This document shows, piece by piece, positions 20,449 through 29,199 of a stretch of 64,000 nt of DNA (the first letter of the stretch is position 1; the number at the start of each line of letters is the position of its first letter). The position numbers were made by a program, and so were the translations under genes. Source of the stretch: Arcobacteraceae bacterium (GTDB lineage Bacteria > Campylobacterota > Campylobacteria > Campylobacterales > Arcobacteraceae). Under the pieces are notes generated by a model. The model had not been told where the DNA came from, did not search any database, and saw only the letters and a program-made list of their open reading frames with translations. The DNA lies in contig JBLWVX010000013.1 of the NCBI GenBank assembly GCA_048268245.1, positions 1-64,000 of the forward strand. The letters run 5' to 3'.

Positions 20449-21624
20449 GTGGAACTAACAAGAGCTGTTTGGGCTGAAATAAACTTAGATAATTTAGCAA
20501 ATAATATAAGTGAAGTAAGAAGAGTTACAAACCCTAACACAAAAATATCTGCTGTGATAAAAGCAGATGGTTATGGGCATGGAGCAGTTGCTATTGCTCA
20601 GACATTGCTTGAAAATGGAGCAGATAGATTTGCTGTTGCTACTTTAAGTGAAGCAATACAACTAAGAAAAGAGTTTAAAGAAACTCAAATCATGGTTTTG
20701 GGATATACACCTGAATACTTAGCCAAAGAAGTAATACAAAACAATATAATCCAAACGATATATTCACTAGAACAAGCCCAAGAGTTTTCAAAAGTAGCTA
20801 AACAACTAAATAAAGATATTGTTGTTCATATAAAAATAGATAGTGGTATGAACCGTCTTGGTATGCTTTGCAATGAAGATACAGTAAGCACAGTTTTACA
20901 GATAAGTAAGCTAGAAAACTTAGTGATTGAAGGGATTTATACACACTTCGCTGCAGCAGATGAACTAGATAAAACATATACAAAAACACAAGTAGAGAAG
21001 TTCAGTAAAATAGTAGAGCAAATAGAACAAAAAGGTTTATCTATACCTATAAAACATGTTTCAAATAGTGCTGCTATTATAGATATGCCTGAGTTTAACT
21101 TCGATATGGTTAGAGCAGGTATCATGCTATATGGACTATATCCATCACAAAGTGTAAATCATGAAAGAGTAAAGCTAAAAGAAGTGATGTGTCTAAAAGT
21201 AAAAATAGCCCAAGTAAAAGAAATCGAAGCAGGCTCAGGAATAAGCTACGGACTTACTCATAAATGTAAAGACAAAACAAAAATCGCAACTCTTCCAATA
21301 GGCTATGCAGATGGCTATACAAGAATGCTTTCAAATAAAGCAAAAGTTCTAGTAAAAAACAAAAAAATTCCAGTACTAGGAAATATCTGTATGGATCAGT
21401 GTATCATAGACGTAACAGGACTTGATGTAAAAATGGGCGATGAGGTGGTACTATATGGAGGAGATAACAAAGATGGAATCTCAATCGATAGTGTAGCAAA
21501 CCTTCTAAATACAATCAACTACGAAATCGTATGTATGGTAGATAAAAGAGTTCCAAGAGTGTACCTAAAAGACAATACACAAACAAACTACAAAGACTAT
21601 GTTCTATGTCTTTGTAAAGACTAA
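20449..21624 (+). CDS. alr: Alanine racemase
   Basis: AVIKADGYGHG (PLP lysine), IGYADGY, CMDQ, TINYE; GTG 20449 preferred (ATG 20434 possible). Confidence 0.93.
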   Translation: MELTRAVWAEINLDNLANNISEVRRVTNPNTKISAVIKADGYGHGAVAIAQTLLENGADRFAVATLSEAIQLRKEFKETQIMVLGYTPEYLAKEVIQNNIIQTIYSLEQAQEFSKVAKQLNKDIVVHIKIDSGMNRLGMLCNEDTVSTVLQISKLENLVIEGIYTHFAAADELDKTYTKTQVEKFSKIVEQIEQKGLSIPIKHVSNSAAIIDMPEFNFDMVRAGIMLYGLYPSQSVNHERVKLKEVMCLKVKIAQVKEIEAGSGISYGLTHKCKDKTKIATLPIGYADGYTRMLSNKAKVLVKNKKIPVLGNICMDQCIIDVTGLDVKMGDEVVLYGGDNKDGISIDSVANLLNTINYEIVCMVDKRVPRVYLKDNTQTNYKDYVLCLCKD

Positions 21625-21649
21625 CTAAAACAAATCTCAATAAACCTTA

Positions 21650-21678
21650 ATAAAACAAAGAATAACTCTTTGTTTTAT
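21650..21678 (+). terminator. Terminator after alr
   Basis: ataaaacaaaga-ataac-tctttgttttat. Confidence 0.65.
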
Positions 21679-22000
21679 CTCTTCAACTACTACATATAAA
21701 ATAATAATCAAGTATATATTTATAAATAAGTGTTATAAAAACTTACTTTTTAATCCAAAATCAACTAAATAAATAATACTATAATAGTAAAATTATTTTA
21801 GGTTTGAAGACGTTTGATATATAAACTTTTTTTCATATCTTTTACAAATCAATAAAAAATATAAATCCATTTTTCTTTTTAAAATTATCGCTAAATACAT
21901 TAATTTAACTATAAGCTTAGAAAAGATAGTGGATGTAATTTCTCTTATGTGGAAGTATCAAAATCGCGAATTTTATTGCAGATAAATTAAAAGGATAATT

Positions 22001-23788
22001 ATGCAAATTAATATAGAAGATATTTGGTTGAATAAAAGTGTTCAAATATACAAAAAGATAAATGATATACCTAAAAATTCTATAGAAAGATTATTTATTG
22101 ATTTAGGAAAGAACAGAATTGGAAATTATGTAAAAAATGAGATAAGATTAGAATACTCACCTAATATTTACTACTCTATATTATCATTTAAATTTGAAGA
22201 AGAACCAAGTTTTCTTCAAAGAACTGATGAAAAAGAAATAAAATATTCATATCTTTTTATTTTAGAAGCTAATGAGTACTTTTTTGTAAATAAGAAACAT
22301 ATAAGTAGCATAGAAAAACATTTTACTGATTATATAGAATCATTTGATTATGAAAAGTTTTCTCATTTTAAAGCTGATAAAAATCCAAAATATGAAAAAG
22401 TTTCTATTGGTAATATGTCAATTTCTGATGCCGTAATTAGATCAAGAAGTTATGAAGCTAGTAATTTAGAAGGTACTTTGCCATTATCTTCTGCTAGTAG
22501 GTCTATAGCTAGGAGTTTAAGATTAAATGATGCTGGTAAAATGTTTAGTATTACTCCAAATACATCTCGAATAAGTGAAAGAGATACAAAAATTAGTATA
22601 AATAATTACATTTCATGGTGTTTACAAATTGCAAATGAAATTTCATTAAATACACAAAGAAGTGATTTTATTAATGGTTTTGCAAAACCAATTTCACTAG
22701 AAGATATATTATTAATCTCAAAGCCAATTGGTATTTTATTTCATTTTGAAATTATAGAAGAACTAATAGAACTAGAAAACTTAGAATTATATATTGATAA
22801 TGGCACTTCAAATCGTCTTGCTTTAAATTCTGACGAATTAAAAATGTTGTTTTTAATTTTGAGAAAAACATTTAATATCAGAAAAAAAGAGTTAAATAGT
22901 AATGAATATGAAGTTTATAACAAACGAATAACTGTAGCTGAATTTAAGACTAATAAAAAATCAATTTCTTTCAAGGAAAGTATGTTAGATAATATTTTTT
23001 TTGATGATAGCTCTGATAATAGTTTAAAAGAATTTATTAGTTCAAATAAATATTATTCAATAGTTTTTGATAATCCAAAATATTCTTTTATTGGTAAATA
23101 TGCTTTTTTAGATAATAGTCTATTAACTAAAACAAATATCAATAAAATTTTATCTATTTGTATAATTAATCATGGAATTGCAAATATAAATAGTGAAAAA
23201 GAGAAACCTCACTTATCTAGTTTTACTAGATTCCCAGAAGAATCATTATTTTATAAAGTGGAAGAATATTTTAATACAGGTGTATTAATTTGCGATGATA
23301 TGAATGATGAATGGGCAGATCATATCAATATAACTGATAATGAAATATCTTTAATTCATTCAAAGTTTACAACTAAAGATTCTTATGGTGCTAGTAAAAT
23401 GCATGATGTAGTTTCACAAGCATTAAAGAATATAGCTAGAGTACATGCAACTATAGAAGAATATCGAAATAAATATGATACTAAATGGCAAAATACTTAT
23501 GAATCAACTCAAATAAGTCGTTTGAGAAAAGATGGAAATACAGTTAATGTCAGATTTCAAGATATTGAAGAAGCTTTAATTAAAATACATTCTAAACCAA
23601 ATGCAAGGAAGAAAATATATTTAGCAACTCCTTTTTTTAGTAAAGATACGCTTGAAATAGAATTAAACAAATTTATTTCAAATTCACAGACTAATGTACA
23701 TTACTTTCAATTTATTTGGCTGTTAAGTACTTTTATTAGTTCTTGCCAAGATTATGGTGTGAATCCATATATTTTATGTAAGGATTAA
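22001..23788 (+). CDS. Uncharacterised 595-aa protein with putative PD-(D/E)xK-like nuclease C-terminus; first gene of the Hachiman operon
   Basis: AAGGA RBS; ICDDMNDEWADHI...LIHSK...VVSQALKN; 3 nt from the hamA start. Confidence 0.7.
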   Translation: MQINIEDIWLNKSVQIYKKINDIPKNSIERLFIDLGKNRIGNYVKNEIRLEYSPNIYYSILSFKFEEEPSFLQRTDEKEIKYSYLFILEANEYFFVNKKHISSIEKHFTDYIESFDYEKFSHFKADKNPKYEKVSIGNMSISDAVIRSRSYEASNLEGTLPLSSASRSIARSLRLNDAGKMFSITPNTSRISERDTKISINNYISWCLQIANEISLNTQRSDFINGFAKPISLEDILLISKPIGILFHFEIIEELIELENLELYIDNGTSNRLALNSDELKMLFLILRKTFNIRKKELNSNEYEVYNKRITVAEFKTNKKSISFKESMLDNIFFDDSSDNSLKEFISSNKYYSIVFDNPKYSFIGKYAFLDNSLLTKTNINKILSICIINHGIANINSEKEKPHLSSFTRFPEESLFYKVEEYFNTGVLICDDMNDEWADHINITDNEISLIHSKFTTKDSYGASKMHDVVSQALKNIARVHATIEEYRNKYDTKWQNTYESTQISRLRKDGNTVNVRFQDIEEALIKIHSKPNARKKIYLATPFFSKDTLEIELNKFISNSQTNVHYFQFIWLLSTFISSCQDYGVNPYILCKD

Positions 23789-23791
23789 TAG

Positions 23792-24676
23792 ATGTTAGAA
23801 ACAGATATAAAAAAAGATTTTTTAGATTTATTTTATCATGTTATTGAAGACTATGAATTAGAGAATGCAAATAAACTTAATCTTTTCTCATTGGAAATAA
23901 AAAATACTATATTTAACATTGATTCACTTTTAGATGAATTGGATGATAATATAATACCCTTTATGTTGTCTAGAAAACAATTAAGAGATATGGATGATAG
24001 GTTTGGTGGTAAAAAATCAAGACAAGCAAGAACTAAATTTAGACAATTTACTTCAAATGAGGGTGAACTAGGAGAAGTATTATTATACTGTTTTTTAGAA
24101 TCTCACTTGAATGCTCCTAAAATATTATCTAAGTATGAATTAAAAACATCAACTAATGATTATATAAAAGGTGCTGATGGTGTTCACTTACTGAAAACAG
24201 ATGATTCAACATTTCAATTAGTTTTTGGCGAATCTAAATTATATGGAAATTTAAAAAAAGGTATCTATGATGCTTTTTCATCAATTCTTACTTTTTTAAA
24301 AAATAAAAATGATACATATGAAGAAGAATTAATAAATTCTAATTTACAAAAAGAGGTTTTTGATGATGATTCATATAACGTTATAAAAAGTATTTTATTA
24401 CCAAAAAGACGAATGTCAAGTAACATTGATTTAGATAATTCCTTTGCCATTTTCTTGGGATTTGATTATAAACTTGAAGAAAATTTAAAAGGTAAAGATG
24501 CACGAGAAAAAATAAAAAAAGATATAGAAAGTATAGTTATGGATAATATTGACTCATTTAACTTTCAATTAAAAAAGAATGACTTGAAAGGTTATGAATT
24601 CTACATTTACACAATGCCTATTAATAATATTGAAAGTACGAGAAAAAGAATGATTGAAAGGCTATCAAATGGATAG
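23792..24676 (+). CDS. hamA: Hachiman HamA (DUF1837) nuclease
   Basis: GELGEVLLY...APKILSKYELKT...GADGVH...LVFGESK, upstream of an SF2 helicase. Confidence 0.88.
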   Translation: MLETDIKKDFLDLFYHVIEDYELENANKLNLFSLEIKNTIFNIDSLLDELDDNIIPFMLSRKQLRDMDDRFGGKKSRQARTKFRQFTSNEGELGEVLLYCFLESHLNAPKILSKYELKTSTNDYIKGADGVHLLKTDDSTFQLVFGESKLYGNLKKGIYDAFSSILTFLKNKNDTYEEELINSNLQKEVFDDDSYNVIKSILLPKRRMSSNIDLDNSFAIFLGFDYKLEENLKGKDAREKIKKDIESIVMDNIDSFNFQLKKNDLKGYEFYIYTMPINNIESTRKRMIERLSNG

Positions 24677-27251
24677 TAATATTTATAATAAGTTAGCTAA
24701 TGATGCTATAAAAGATGGTTATTTAAATGAACTTTTATCAAAATTAGTAGAAATAAACCATCAACAAATTTTTAAGGAGTTAGAAACTTCTAGTTTATCA
24801 AATAATGAGTTTATTCATTTATTAAGATTTGCAGATATTATGTCTTGTTCTGATAAATCAGAATTTAGGAACTATTCTTTACAGATAATTAGTTTAATGT
24901 ATGAAAAATATAAATATAATGAAAAATATAAAATAAGTGCATTAGCAATATTTTCAAAATTGGGTTCTTTTTTTTCAATTGACAAATTTTTAATAACTGA
25001 TTCAGAGGTTAAATTACCAATAGAAAGAAGTATTGAAGCAAATATGAAAATGAATATTCAAATTGTACCTTTTAATAACTCTTATATTTTTACAGATAAT
25101 CAATTTGAATTATATAAAAGAATTAGTGCTTCAAAAGCTTTTAGCTTTTCAGCTCCTACTTCAATGGGGAAGTCTTTTATACTAAAATCATTTTTATATA
25201 AAGTAATGCAAAATAATCCACCAGAGAATATTATAATAATGGTTCCTACTCGAGCATTAATAAGTCAATTTTTTATAGATATAAAAAGTGAACTTCAAGA
25301 TATGATTGAATTAAAAAATTATAAAATTCTAACAAACTCAAATATAGTTCAAAATGAAGAAATTGAACATAAATATATATTAGTTTTAACGCCAGAAAGA
25401 ATTTTAAGTTATATATCTTCTTTAGATAATCCCCCTATAGGGTTTTTATTTGTAGATGAAGCCCATAAAATAGCATCTCAAAAAGATTCAAGAAGTGTTA
25501 CTTCTTATTTAGCAATAGAAAAACTATTAAAGAAAAATCCAAATTTAAATTTATATTTTTCTTCACCAAATGTATCAAACCCAAATGTATTTTTAGATAT
25601 GTATGGAAAGGGTAATAATCAAAGTTATAGGCAAATAAAAGAAACATCAGTTAACCAAAATTTATTTTATGTTGATTTAATAGAAAAATATTCTATCTTT
25701 TTTGTAAATAATACACGTAGTGACAAACAGCGATTAAAAGTATTTGATAAAGTAAATTGTTTAAATAATTTTTTATTTGATTTACTTCTAAGTGATAATA
25801 ATCTTATTTATTGTAATGGGAAAGCAAAAACAATAGAGAAAGCCAAAAGTTTTTATGAGTTTCTATCAGTACATAAAAAGTATAAACTTGATTTATCAGA
25901 AGAACTTAGAAAAAAGCTAGATATTTCAATTTCTCAGATTAAATCTCATATTCATAAAGATTATTATTTAGTTGAGTTTTTAGAATATGGAATTGCATAT
26001 CATTTTGGTAATATTCCTCAAATTGTCAGAAATATTGTTGAAGAGTTATTTAGGAAAGGGGTAATTAAATACTTATTTTGTACTTCTACACTTTTAGAAG
26101 GTGTTAATTTACCTGCAAAAAATGTGTTAATTCTTAATAATAAGAAAAATAGATCTATCTTTGAACCTATAGATTTTTGGAACTTGGCTGGTAGGGCAGG
26201 AAGGTTTGGGATGGAACTATCTGGAAATATATTTTGTATTAGAGAAGAGGAAAATAACTGGGAAAAAAAAGATGAACTCTTAATAAAAAATGATATTGAA
26301 ATAAAACCTACTGTAAATAAAAAAATTGACTCTAATATTCAGAAAATTGAAAAAGTTTTACTTGAAAAGGATATATCTGGAACAGAAGAAGAGAAATATA
26401 TTCTTAAATATATTGCTAATATGATTTGTATAGATACTTTTGATTTAGAAAATAGTTATAGAAGTCCTATTATAGAACAATTAATTAAAAATAATAAAGA
26501 TAGAATTATAGAATATGCAAAAAGTAAGATTAATAAGGTTGATATTCCAAATATAATACTTCAATCTAACCAATCTATAGATATATCAATACAAAATAAG
26601 GTTTTTAAAATTTTAAAATTAAGAAACAGTCAAGGAAAAATAATTAAACTTCCTAATGTAATTACATATGAAACTGCAAAAATTATATTAAAAGATATGT
26701 TTAATCTCTATGATTGGGACATAAATGAAAAGTTAAAATTTAAAAGTATGGACTATTTTGCTCTTCTTGTTACTCAATGGGTTAATGGTACAAGTTTAAA
26801 TCAAATTATTAATGATTCTATTAGTTGGCATATTGATAATCAAAAAGAGATTTATATCAATAATAAAAGTGATGGTTTATTTAATAAAAATAATTTAATG
26901 CATGTTAATGAATTAATCAATCAGATTATAGATAATATTGAAAGAAAACTAAGATTTGTTTTTGAAAAATATTTTACACATTATAACTCAATTTTGATTG
27001 CATTATATGGTGAAAAAAATGCAGGTGTAAATTGGGCACAATATTTAGAATACGGAACACAGAATAATGTTGTAATTATATTACAAAATCTTGGTCTTTC
27101 AAGATACACTGCTAATTTTATATATAAAAATTATAAACAAGCTTTAGTTTTAGATAATGATGGAAACTTTCAAAAAGTTAATAAAGAATATTTATTAAAT
27201 AATATTAATAAAATTTCAATTGAATTTGAAGAGATACAGAATATTTTATAG
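24669..27251 (+). CDS. hamB: Hachiman HamB SF2 (Ski2-like) helicase
   Basis: SAPTSMGKS, DEAH, TSTLLEGVNLPA, NLAGRAGR; ATG 24669 overlaps the hamA stop. Confidence 0.88.
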   Translation: MDSNIYNKLANDAIKDGYLNELLSKLVEINHQQIFKELETSSLSNNEFIHLLRFADIMSCSDKSEFRNYSLQIISLMYEKYKYNEKYKISALAIFSKLGSFFSIDKFLITDSEVKLPIERSIEANMKMNIQIVPFNNSYIFTDNQFELYKRISASKAFSFSAPTSMGKSFILKSFLYKVMQNNPPENIIIMVPTRALISQFFIDIKSELQDMIELKNYKILTNSNIVQNEEIEHKYILVLTPERILSYISSLDNPPIGFLFVDEAHKIASQKDSRSVTSYLAIEKLLKKNPNLNLYFSSPNVSNPNVFLDMYGKGNNQSYRQIKETSVNQNLFYVDLIEKYSIFFVNNTRSDKQRLKVFDKVNCLNNFLFDLLLSDNNLIYCNGKAKTIEKAKSFYEFLSVHKKYKLDLSEELRKKLDISISQIKSHIHKDYYLVEFLEYGIAYHFGNIPQIVRNIVEELFRKGVIKYLFCTSTLLEGVNLPAKNVLILNNKKNRSIFEPIDFWNLAGRAGRFGMELSGNIFCIREEENNWEKKDELLIKNDIEIKPTVNKKIDSNIQKIEKVLLEKDISGTEEEKYILKYIANMICIDTFDLENSYRSPIIEQLIKNNKDRIIEYAKSKINKVDIPNIILQSNQSIDISIQNKVFKILKLRNSQGKIIKLPNVITYETAKIILKDMFNLYDWDINEKLKFKSMDYFALLVTQWVNGTSLNQIINDSISWHIDNQKEIYINNKSDGLFNKNNLMHVNELINQIIDNIERKLRFVFEKYFTHYNSILIALYGEKNAGVNWAQYLEYGTQNNVVIILQNLGLSRYTANFIYKNYKQALVLDNDGNFQKVNKEYLLNNINKISIEFEEIQNIL

Positions 27252-28009
27252 ATTTTAAGTTAAAAGATAGTGAAAACTATGCGATTTTACATGATCTAAG
27301 ACTTGAGATAGATGGTCTAACTGCACAAATAGACCATCTACTTATAAACAAAGCTATAGGTATAATACTAGTTGAAACTAAAAATACAAAAGCAGAAGTT
27401 ACTATAAATGACGATGGAACTATGTTATATAAATACCCAAATAACAAGACTTATAATCAAGCAAATCCACTAGAACAATCAAAAAGACATGAGCTAGTAG
27501 TAGAAAAGATATTAGACAAATACAATATGAAATCAAATATCACATCTTATGTAGTATTTTTACCAAATGTAATTATCAAAAATAAAACTCTTCCAAAAAA
27601 CTTTTTAAGATCAGATACTTTTTATGATTCTATTTATACAGAGTTTACACATAGTCCAAGGAAGGTATTAACAGCTGCTGCAAAACTATTTATAAATAAA
27701 ATGCCATCAACAAAAGAGATTAGAAATATAGGGAATATTTTAGTAGCAGAAAACAAACCTATAAATATTGACTACGATGCGAAATATAAAATTAAAAAAG
27801 AAATAGAAAAGAAAGTAGAAGAAGTTATCGTAGAAAAAGCTATTTACCATGAAAAAAATATGAAAAAATTCAGAGATATTAAAAGCTCAAAAAAATACAT
27901 GGGAAATGAAATGCTAAGTTTTATCTGTATTAGCTGTGGAAAAGAACAGAGAAAAGGCTTGAAAACTTTTAGTACAAAAGAGGTTTTTTGTAATCATTTC
28001 AAAGTGTAA
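27242..28009 (+). pseudogene. 5'-truncated NERD-domain nuclease gene
   Basis: Open frame YFIDFKLKDSENYAILHDLR...QIDHLLI...ETKN...NPLEQ with no start codon before ATG 27422. Confidence 0.8.
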
Positions 28010-28103
28010 GATTTTTTTGTAAAAATATTTTTTAGTGTTATTATATGTTAACGTTTTACCAACATCAGAAAAACGATAAAAAAATCTATTAAAAGGTTTT
28101 ATT

Positions 28104-28502
28104 TTGGAACAAGAGTATAACAGTTGAAATAATATTAAAAAAGATATAGCAAAAGAAAATATATTTGTAGGATTTAAAAATAGAGATATATTTTATATGA
28201 ATATGGGAAAGAATATTGGCTTTGAGCAAGATGGCAAAGGTGAAAACTTTGTTCGTCCAGTTGTTATTGTAAAAGGATTTAACAAAAATATGTTTTTTGG
28301 TATTCCTTTATCTACTAAGATAAAAGAGGGTAAGTTTTATTATAGATTTACATTTTGTAAAAAGGATAAAGAAGTAGAAAATATTGCGTTATTATCTCAG
28401 ATGAGACTTTTTAGTACAAAAAGACTTTTAAATAAAATTGGTATGATGAAGATAAATGATTTTGAAAATATGAAAAATAAGTTTAAAGAGTTGATAGATT
28501 AA
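28104..28502 (+). pseudogene. PemK/MazF-family toxin with an in-frame TGA at codon 8
   Basis: AAGG RBS, TTG 28104, TGA 28125-28127, same frame continues GKNIGFEQDGKG..RPVVIV..GIPLST..LLSQMR. Confidence 0.8.
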
Positions 28503-28608
28503 CCCCATCAAAAAGATGGGTCGTCCCGTAGGAATTTAGGATTAAATTATAACACAAATTATAAATAAATGCAATAACAAGCTAATTGTATTAAAACAAT
28601 CCATAATA

Positions 28609-28637
28609 TTGACTTTGTAGTATAAAGGTACTACAAT
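28609..28637 (+). promoter_or_regulatory. Sigma70-type promoter with an overlapping 8-bp inverted-repeat operator
   Basis: TTGACT-N17-TACAAT; TTGTAGTA-N6-TACTACAA at 28615-28636. Confidence 0.75.
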
Positions 28638-28662
28638 TTATAAAAATAAAGAGGATTGAATT

Positions 28663-28719
28663 ATGTCTTTAGATTCAGAAGTAAGAGCAAGAGTAGAAAA
28701 TAAACTAAAAATAAAGTAA
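28663..28719 (+). pseudogene. Truncated RelB/DinJ-like antitoxin (18 aa)
   Basis: GAGGA RBS; MSLDSEVRARVENKLK resembles the RHH N-terminus of RelB/DinJ. Confidence 0.65.
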
Positions 28720-28722
28720 TTT

Positions 28723-29190
28723 ATGACACTCATAAACAAAACAACAGCCTACATCATAACAATACCACTATTTACTATCTGGTTACTTTTTTGCTTCCTC
28801 ATTTCTCTTATTGGTTCACTTCTTTATAAAAAAAGAGTTCTTATTGATTTGGATAGGGTGAAGAAAAGAGATACTATTTGTAGTGTCTTAAATAGTAAAA
28901 AATACCTAAGTGATGAAGAATATGAGTTTGAGACTGTTGAGGTGGCTTCACTTTATGATGAGCTTACTTTTAGGGGATATTTGTTTGTTTTGGCTCCTGT
29001 GATATTTTTACTAAAGCATTTTAGTTTTGCTGATGATTTTGTTTTTTATCTTGTAAAAAAGTGGATGAAGATACACAAATATCAAAGACAACACAAGAAA
29101 AAAGCAAAAAGTTTCTTCTCTGCTCTTATGTCTTTGTGTGTTTTACTTGCCTTTTTTGTAGGGCAGGTTTTGTATAGAGTAAAACCTTAA
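28723..29190 (+). CDS. Hypothetical membrane protein
   Basis: 155-aa ORF with three hydrophobic segments. Confidence 0.55.
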   Translation: MTLINKTTAYIITIPLFTIWLLFCFLISLIGSLLYKKRVLIDLDRVKKRDTICSVLNSKKYLSDEEYEFETVEVASLYDELTFRGYLFVLAPVIFLLKHFSFADDFVFYLVKKWMKIHKYQRQHKKKAKSFFSALMSLCVLLAFFVGQVLYRVKP

Positions 29191-29199
29191 AACCCTTTT

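Noticed and set aside
24654..24668. TTG start for hamB given in the ORF track
   Set aside because: ATG 24669 overlapping the hamA stop, with AAGG upstream, is more plausible
28125..28127. In-frame TGA as evidence for recoding (Trp or Sec)
   Set aside because: TGA terminates other genes here (dctM, 12172-12588) and Trp is TGG throughout; not a Cys/Sec context
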